From NCBI GenBank assembly GCA_048938895.1, contig JBHLLU010000016.1, forward strand, positions 1 to 64,000: DNA of 64,000 nt, in the 5' to 3' direction. Position 1 is the stretch's first letter; each line of letters opens with the position of its first letter. The DNA comes from Promethearchaeota archaeon. Its GTDB lineage: Archaea > Asgardarchaeota > Lokiarchaeia > Sigyniarchaeales > SOKP01. Made by a program: the position numbers and the translations under genes. Positions 58,812-64,000 of this stretch are shown here, piece after piece. The notes beneath the pieces were generated by a model. The model saw nothing but the letters and a program-made list of their open reading frames with translations. It was not told where the DNA came from and searched no databases.

Positions 58812-59012
58812 TTAAAGATCTCGTGCCTTCACGGTCTTTCTATTATTACCTTGTGCACGTTTAACTGCCTTATCAAGCATACCCATGATGATATTGTTTA
58901 AAGCTTCACCATCAAGAACACCACTGCTTGTATTACAGTCCTTCCCTTTAATATATTCCCTAACCTTTGATTTCACAAACAAAGGTTCTACCTTTGCGGC
59001 TTTTTTGGCCAT
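58812..59012 (-). CDS. Histone-fold protein with truncated alpha-3 (face-to-face-type prokaryotic histone)
   Basis: LFVKSKVREYIK...A.KRA..N.RKTVKARDL; ends at the RKTxxxxD motif and has a short MAKKAAK N-tail. Confidence 0.85.
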   Translation of the reverse strand: MAKKAAKVEPLFVKSKVREYIKGKDCNTSSGVLDGEALNNIIMGMLDKAVKRAQGNNRKTVKARDL

Positions 59013-59312
59013 TTTAATTATACCTCTTTTTTATTTTTTATGAAATTTTGTTTAGAATGCTGTTTAAAATTGAATTTAATAATTGTTTTGTTAAGTATTA
59101 TTTTTTCAACTGTATTATTAAATCTTTGTAATTTTAGCAAAACAATTTGAAATTCTTTTTTTTCTAAGGATATTTGGGAAGATTAAGCTAAATTAGATCT
59201 CATATTTTCGAGTTATAAGACGTATTTCTTTTAAATTTTGAAAGGATAAATATTATAAAAAAAAAGTAGAGTGTTGTGATTTTGCTTTAGCGAAGAGAAA
59301 ATGTAAATCTCT

Positions 59313-59591
59313 TTATTTTGGTGGTGCAAGTACTATTTCGATACTAGAAACATTATTATTTTGTCCATTTTCTCCTTCTAATTGTTCAGTGCTAAGTTTG
59401 ATGTCCTTATACTCAGTACCCTTTAAGAATCTATTTCGTAGTATTTCGCATACATCGACAGCATGGGAAATAGCTCTGCCTCGGGCTTTAACAGTACATT
59501 CTTCACCCTTGTTAAGGATCATCATAGTGGCCATCACATAGTTCATAGTTGGACGACGGCCAACAAAGACAGCATTTTCTTCTTTTGCCAT
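59313..59591 (-). CDS. albA: DNA/RNA-binding protein Alba
   Basis: [30 protein letters not shown]. Confidence 0.95.
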   Translation of the reverse strand: MAKEENAVFVGRRPTMNYVMATMMILNKGEECTVKARGRAISHAVDVCEILRNRFLKGTEYKDIKLSTEQLEGENGQNNNVSSIEIVLAPPK

Positions 59592-59858
59592 TTTAATTTC
59601 CTCTTTTGTTTTTAATTTTTTATTGTTTATCTATAATTTTGTTGTTTTATTGTTTTTCCGTATTACGTATTAGCGTTTTCTCGTAATTTCAATCTCAAAT
59701 TACGGTAATAACATTCTCTTCAAATTTTAGAAATTTTTTAAACTTTATCGTCTGATTAATAAAGATTTCAGATAATCTGTAGCATTTTGATTATAACTCA
59801 TATTAAAATAAACTTTATTAAAGAGACAAAAATTAAAGAAAAAAAAGGGACTAAAATT

Positions 59859-60092
59859 TTATAATCCTTTCAATTTTACTCCTAAAAAGAAGATAAACCA
59901 GGAAAGAAATACAACAATTATAGCAATTAAAGACCATGTTTCTATAACGGTAAAATCACCTAGAGTAAAATCAGTATCGATTAAAAATCCGTCAACGTTT
60001 AGAAAGATCAAATCAATTATAATATACACTCCAAATGCCATAAGAAGAAACGCTATTATTACAGTAAATTTACTTGGTGGTGTCCATCCCAT
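59859..60092 (-). CDS. Small two-TM membrane protein
   Basis: 77 aa with two hydrophobic helices. Confidence 0.65.
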   Translation of the reverse strand: MGWTPPSKFTVIIAFLLMAFGVYIIIDLIFLNVDGFLIDTDFTLGDFTVIETWSLIAIIVVFLSWFIFFLGVKLKGL

Positions 60093-60184
60093 ATTTTAAC
60101 AACTCTTTTTAATCAATTTTGATAATTTGTAAATTATTGATATTGTAATAATATTTGACTTAATATTTTATAAATCTAACCAAT

Positions 60185-60853
60185 CTAACTTTCCTTTGTG
60201 TAATCTATTTCAATTTCATTTTTAACATTAGCTTTATTAAACACTTGTTTGTCCTTGCTTAATCCATCTTCGTCTTCTTCTCCCTTAACTAAATCCCAAA
60301 TAATACTTACTACTAACAAAACAGACACAATAACGAGTAGGGGAATTAACAATCCTGAATCTGTTAAAATTATTTTTACCCAACCTAAATACGGAATCCT
60401 ACCCACAACTACACCTAGAATTCTCGTTTCAGGAACCCATGCTTCATCAGGGCTAAGATTTGCGTCCCCCTTTGTTAAAAAAAACCACCCGTTATCATAC
60501 TTTTTATCAACAACCCGATGAACAATAGGATCACTGGGAGCGTGTATCCATAATCCGCGTGCATCAAACACAATAATATCCCCCTCTTTTCCTTCAATAG
60601 TACCATTTTTAATATTTCCAGCATCTTTTCCTTTCAAAAATAATAGATCTCCTTTATGTAAATTAGGTTCCATAGAGCCTGAGACAACCACAACCATCGG
60701 AGATTTTGTATTTAATGCAATTTGCATTACAAAATAAATTAAAAAAGCACCAGAGAAAGCTATACCAAGTAGAATTATTGTTATTATAATTTTTCTCTTT
60801 AGAGATGTCTCTTTTTCATGTTTCACTGGAGCCTTGATATTTTTTCTTTTCAT
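60185..60853 (-). CDS. sec11: Signal peptidase I, archaeal/ER (Sec11) type
   Basis: VVSGSMEP, GD, PIVHRV (Ser-His), TKGD.N..D, IPYLGW. Confidence 0.93.
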   Translation of the reverse strand: MKRKNIKAPVKHEKETSLKRKIIITIILLGIAFSGAFLIYFVMQIALNTKSPMVVVVSGSMEPNLHKGDLLFLKGKDAGNIKNGTIEGKEGDIIVFDARGLWIHAPSDPIVHRVVDKKYDNGWFFLTKGDANLSPDEAWVPETRILGVVVGRIPYLGWVKIILTDSGLLIPLLVIVSVLLVVSIIWDLVKGEEDEDGLSKDKQVFNKANVKNEIEIDYTKES

Positions 60854-61118
60854 AGTTATAATATTGTCGTCTTAAGGAGTATTTAATTATAAAGCTAATT
60901 AAAATTTTCTTTATTCCATGAAACTGTCGACAAAAAATGATAATTTATAGTTCTATTTTTTGAATTTTACTCTGTAGCTCTTCAAGTATTTATGAATTAA
61001 TTATTCTTACATAACACTATTGACAAAGATTTTGCATTAATGTTTTAAACAATAATTCCTTGATTTTCATAATTGATTGAATCTTATTATAAAATGAATT
61101 AGGGTTAAGATTTTTTAA

Positions 61119-61904
61119 ATGTTTGAGAAAACTCAATCATTTGACATGAATGGCCAGAATTATGAGGGTATTCGACAAAAAGTAGTAAATATTTTACAAA
61201 ATGACTTAAACTATACCACCAATACCACAAGATTAAGCAAATCTTTACTCCGTATCAACTATTTTAGCGAAAATTTTGATAAAGAAAAGCAAAAAGAAAA
61301 TAGAATTACAATATTACAAGAGCCCAAGAGAAGAATCTATATCCAAATAAAAGGAAAGTTGAATGATGACCAAATCGGACAAATTTGGATGAAATTAGAA
61401 AAAGATTTAAATCTGAGCAGGAATATTAAAGAGAAAAAGGTCACAACTCCATCTAAGGAAGATATTATCTATCAAATTATTGAATTAATTAAATTGCAGG
61501 GATACACTATCAATTATAGTGATGCTGAAGAATTTCTTGAAAAATTCTTTTTGAAATATAAAAGATTACCCAAAAATGAAGAATTAAGTTCAATAGCAAA
61601 GGGATACATCATAATGATTAATGAAGATTATCTCTCAAAGCGGGTTGAAGCATTAAACAAATCTGAATTAGTATCTGAGTCGATTTCCACGATTTTGGAG
61701 GAAGAGGAGGAAATAAATATTTCAGGATCTAATAATAGTAGTGTCGTAGATATTGAAGACTCAATAAGTCGAAGAAAATGCCCTAGTTGTGGAGATGAAA
61801 ATTCAGTTCATGAGGTCATAGATAAAAGTATTGTTCTAATGGATTATCCCCGCATTTATGGAAAAAAGAAGTATTGTGGTAAATGTGGCTATGATTGGAG
61901 ATAA
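61119..61904 (+). CDS. Hypothetical protein with C-terminal zinc ribbon paralogous to 11818..12009
   Basis: RRKCPSCG..N..HE..DK....DYPR.YGKK..CGKCG..WR. Confidence 0.75.
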   Translation: MFEKTQSFDMNGQNYEGIRQKVVNILQNDLNYTTNTTRLSKSLLRINYFSENFDKEKQKENRITILQEPKRRIYIQIKGKLNDDQIGQIWMKLEKDLNLSRNIKEKKVTTPSKEDIIYQIIELIKLQGYTINYSDAEEFLEKFFLKYKRLPKNEELSSIAKGYIIMINEDYLSKRVEALNKSELVSESISTILEEEEEINISGSNNSSVVDIEDSISRRKCPSCGDENSVHEVIDKSIVLMDYPRIYGKKKYCGKCGYDWR

Positions 61905-62019
61905 ATCTGTTTTCTTTAATTTTATTTAAAATATCTTTGAAAATAGTTTTAAATATTTTATTATTCAAAGTGTTAATATATTTATTTATAATTTTTAAAT
62001 CAATTATCATAATTTCAGA

Positions 62020-62991
62020 TTGATTTGTATGGAAGATTACGCAATTATTTACAATCCTGTTGCTGGTAAAGGAAAAAGAATTAAAAAAGATATTAAGTTT
62101 GCTAGCAAGTGTCTAGATGATTTGAATATATCTTATAAACTTATCGGGAGCGAATATGCAGGAAACGCAATAGAGTTAGCAGCGCAATTTGCAAAAGATG
62201 GTTACATTGTTATTGGAGCAGGAGGAGATGGTACGTGCAATGAGGTTATGAATGGAGTGGTTAGTTCAAAATCAGGAGCATTATGCGGATTTATTCCTAT
62301 GGGATCTGGAAATGATATTCCTGCTGCAATCGGGATCCGTCCTGATATTAAAAGAGCATGCGAGATAATCGCTGAGGGGCATAATTCAAAAGCAGATATC
62401 GGTATCGCGAAAACTGATACTGGTGTTCAACGGTACTTTTTAGGGATAGGAAGTCAAGGATTTGATGCGGAAGTTACGAGAAGAGCGAATGAAGCTAAGA
62501 GAAGCAAAAATTACACCATGCAAACACTTTTGGCATTATTTCCTTGGAAAAATAAAGAAGTAAGGGTAATTATGGATAATGATAGCTATGAGGGGATGGC
62601 GAATTGTTTGGCTGTAGCCAATGGTCCTTCTTACGGTGGTTTTATGTATATCTGTCAAAGAGCTCGAGTAGATGACGGCATTTTTCATGTTAATATTGTT
62701 GATATTGGTAAATTCAAACTTCTTAAACATTTTAATAGAATGTTCAAAGCTACACTCTTGCCTCACCCAAATATTTATGAATACACAAGTAGAAATGTAA
62801 GAGTCGAAATGAAGAATTCTGATAATGAACCATATCACTGCCAAGTAGATGGGGAAGTATTAGGTCCTGTACCCGTTACATATGAAAACATTGAAAATGG
62901 TCAGGAATTTATTCGTCCCGATCTCGATGAAGTTGCTGAAGCTTTTAAGGTTAAATATGGACGATATTTCTGGGAATGTGAAGATGATTAA
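62020..62991 (+). CDS. Diacylglycerol/lipid kinase family protein (YegS/DgkB-like)
   Basis: NPVAG, GGDGT.NEV, PMGSGND, GFDA, YGG, DDG, QVDGE. Confidence 0.92.
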   Translation: MICMEDYAIIYNPVAGKGKRIKKDIKFASKCLDDLNISYKLIGSEYAGNAIELAAQFAKDGYIVIGAGGDGTCNEVMNGVVSSKSGALCGFIPMGSGNDIPAAIGIRPDIKRACEIIAEGHNSKADIGIAKTDTGVQRYFLGIGSQGFDAEVTRRANEAKRSKNYTMQTLLALFPWKNKEVRVIMDNDSYEGMANCLAVANGPSYGGFMYICQRARVDDGIFHVNIVDIGKFKLLKHFNRMFKATLLPHPNIYEYTSRNVRVEMKNSDNEPYHCQVDGEVLGPVPVTYENIENGQEFIRPDLDEVAEAFKVKYGRYFWECEDD

Positions 62992-62999
62992 CTTTTATT

Positions 63000-63623
63000 A
63001 TGCCAGATTGGAATGATATTTTTACCAAGGATGGAAAAGTTTTCTTAGAACCACATTCAGATATGGAAAGACTTTCAGGATTATTTAAAAAAAAGAATAT
63101 TCAAACTATTTTAGATCTTGGATGTGGAACAGGACGTCATCTTATTTTCTTTTCCAAAAAGGGATTTGATATTTTTGGACTTGATGGTTCCCTAAGGGGC
63201 ATAGAAATTGCACAACAATGGCTATCTGAAGAAGGATTAAAAGTAGAAACGGTTTGTAGTAAAATTGAGGATGATTTTCCATTTGATGATAATTCTTTTG
63301 ATGCTGTCATCTCTATACAAGTAATCCATCATAATTTATTGAAAAACATCTTGAAGACAGTTAAAGAAATAGAAAGAGTATTAAAAGAGGGGGGTTATCT
63401 CTTCGTTACCTTCCCATATTTATATGTTAATTCAAAAAATGGAAACTGGGATTTGAAGAGGGTTGAAAAAAACACCTATCTTCCTCAAAAAGGTAAAGAA
63501 AAAGGACTTCTGCACCACTACTTTTCATCGAATGAAATTGAAGATATTTTTAAAAATTTTGAAGTAATAGAAAGTTATATTGATAATACTAATCATCGAG
63601 CTCTTTTAGGAATAAAAAAGTGA
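63000..63623 (+). CDS. Class I SAM-dependent methyltransferase
   Basis: ILDLGCGTGRH, PFDDNSFDAV, RVLK.GG. Confidence 0.9.
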   Translation: MPDWNDIFTKDGKVFLEPHSDMERLSGLFKKKNIQTILDLGCGTGRHLIFFSKKGFDIFGLDGSLRGIEIAQQWLSEEGLKVETVCSKIEDDFPFDDNSFDAVISIQVIHHNLLKNILKTVKEIERVLKEGGYLFVTFPYLYVNSKNGNWDLKRVEKNTYLPQKGKEKGLLHHYFSSNEIEDIFKNFEVIESYIDNTNHRALLGIKK

Positions 63624-63719
63624 AAATTTTCTCAAAATTAAATTCATATGAATCTTTATATTCTATTTTATCTATAATTATAACATTACTTTAAAAATTG
63701 TGAGATTCAATCCTTATTT

Positions 63720-64000
63720 ATGAGTGCTCAATATTCATCATCAATGACAGGAAATAAGAAGACTTCTCGAGCATGTTGTGGTATTATTTTCATTATAATA
63801 GGGATAGTTATAGTAGCAGGCCCGTTTTCTTTCTATATAGGAACCGCTTCCACATTCATAGCTACTATCTTAATCCTAGTTGGGGTGATTCTCTTACTTG
63901 CCGCGGCTAGTTCAAAACAAGGATATTTTAATAGAACGGGATATGACCCTATAGAACAAAATCTTTATAAAAGGTTTGACCGTTGCCCAAAATGCGGAAC
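63720..64000 (+). CDS. Membrane protein (two TM) with zinc-ribbon start, 3'-truncated by window edge; not in the ORF track
   Basis: Manual translation MSAQYSSS...CCGIIFIIIGIVIVAG...ILILVGVILLLAAASS...RCPKCG; frame open to the end of the window. Confidence 0.7.
   Translation, partial: MSAQYSSSMTGNKKTSRACCGIIFIIIGIVIVAGPFSFYIGTASTFIATILILVGVILLLAAASSKQGYFNRTGYDPIEQNLYKRFDRCPKCG

Noticed and set aside
1-64000. CRISPR arrays, tRNA/rRNA genes, IS elements, integrases, prophage genes
   Set aside because: I saw no regularly spaced repeats, no GC-rich structured RNA islands and no transposase, integrase or capsid motifs. A covariance-model search was not possible.

Overview
A gene-dense, very AT-rich archaeal chromosomal window with about 58 CDS. 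I saw no rRNA, tRNA, CRISPR array or transposase. The gene content points strongly to an Asgard archaeon of the Lokiarchaeia/Promethearchaeota type (inferred from content only): Alba, a histone-fold protein, nurA-herA-mre11-rad50, archaeal Sec11, a Taw2/Trm5-type enzyme, plus a gelsolin domain, a roadblock-Rab fusion and a longin-like receptor. Housekeeping blocks (tRNA modification, DNA repair, acyl-CoA metabolism, peptidases, transporters) alternate with poorly characterised eukaryote-like signalling or trafficking modules. Best leads: (1) a three-gene roadblock-Rab GTPase / Zn-ribbon / V4R module in which two proteins share a duplicated winged-helix-like domain (27.8-30.3 kb); (2) a split PlsA/PlsR-like (plasmalogen synthase / glycerol-ester reductase) operon with a degenerate PlsC (0-4.1 kb); (3) a cluster of stand-alone 7TM proteins around a pseudo-GTPase, a C2-like protein and a TFIIS-like zinc ribbon (8.6-13.8 kb); (4) a protein with a putative mu-homology (adaptin mu / delta-COP) domain (42.6-44.7 kb); (5) an NTase-UvrD-HD-NTase/OB cluster facing the double-strand-break repair operon (46.9-52.4 kb). 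I also found three ORFs missing from the supplied track, a probable ATT start codon and a phased operator array. All family calls come from motif recognition by eye; no database searches were run.
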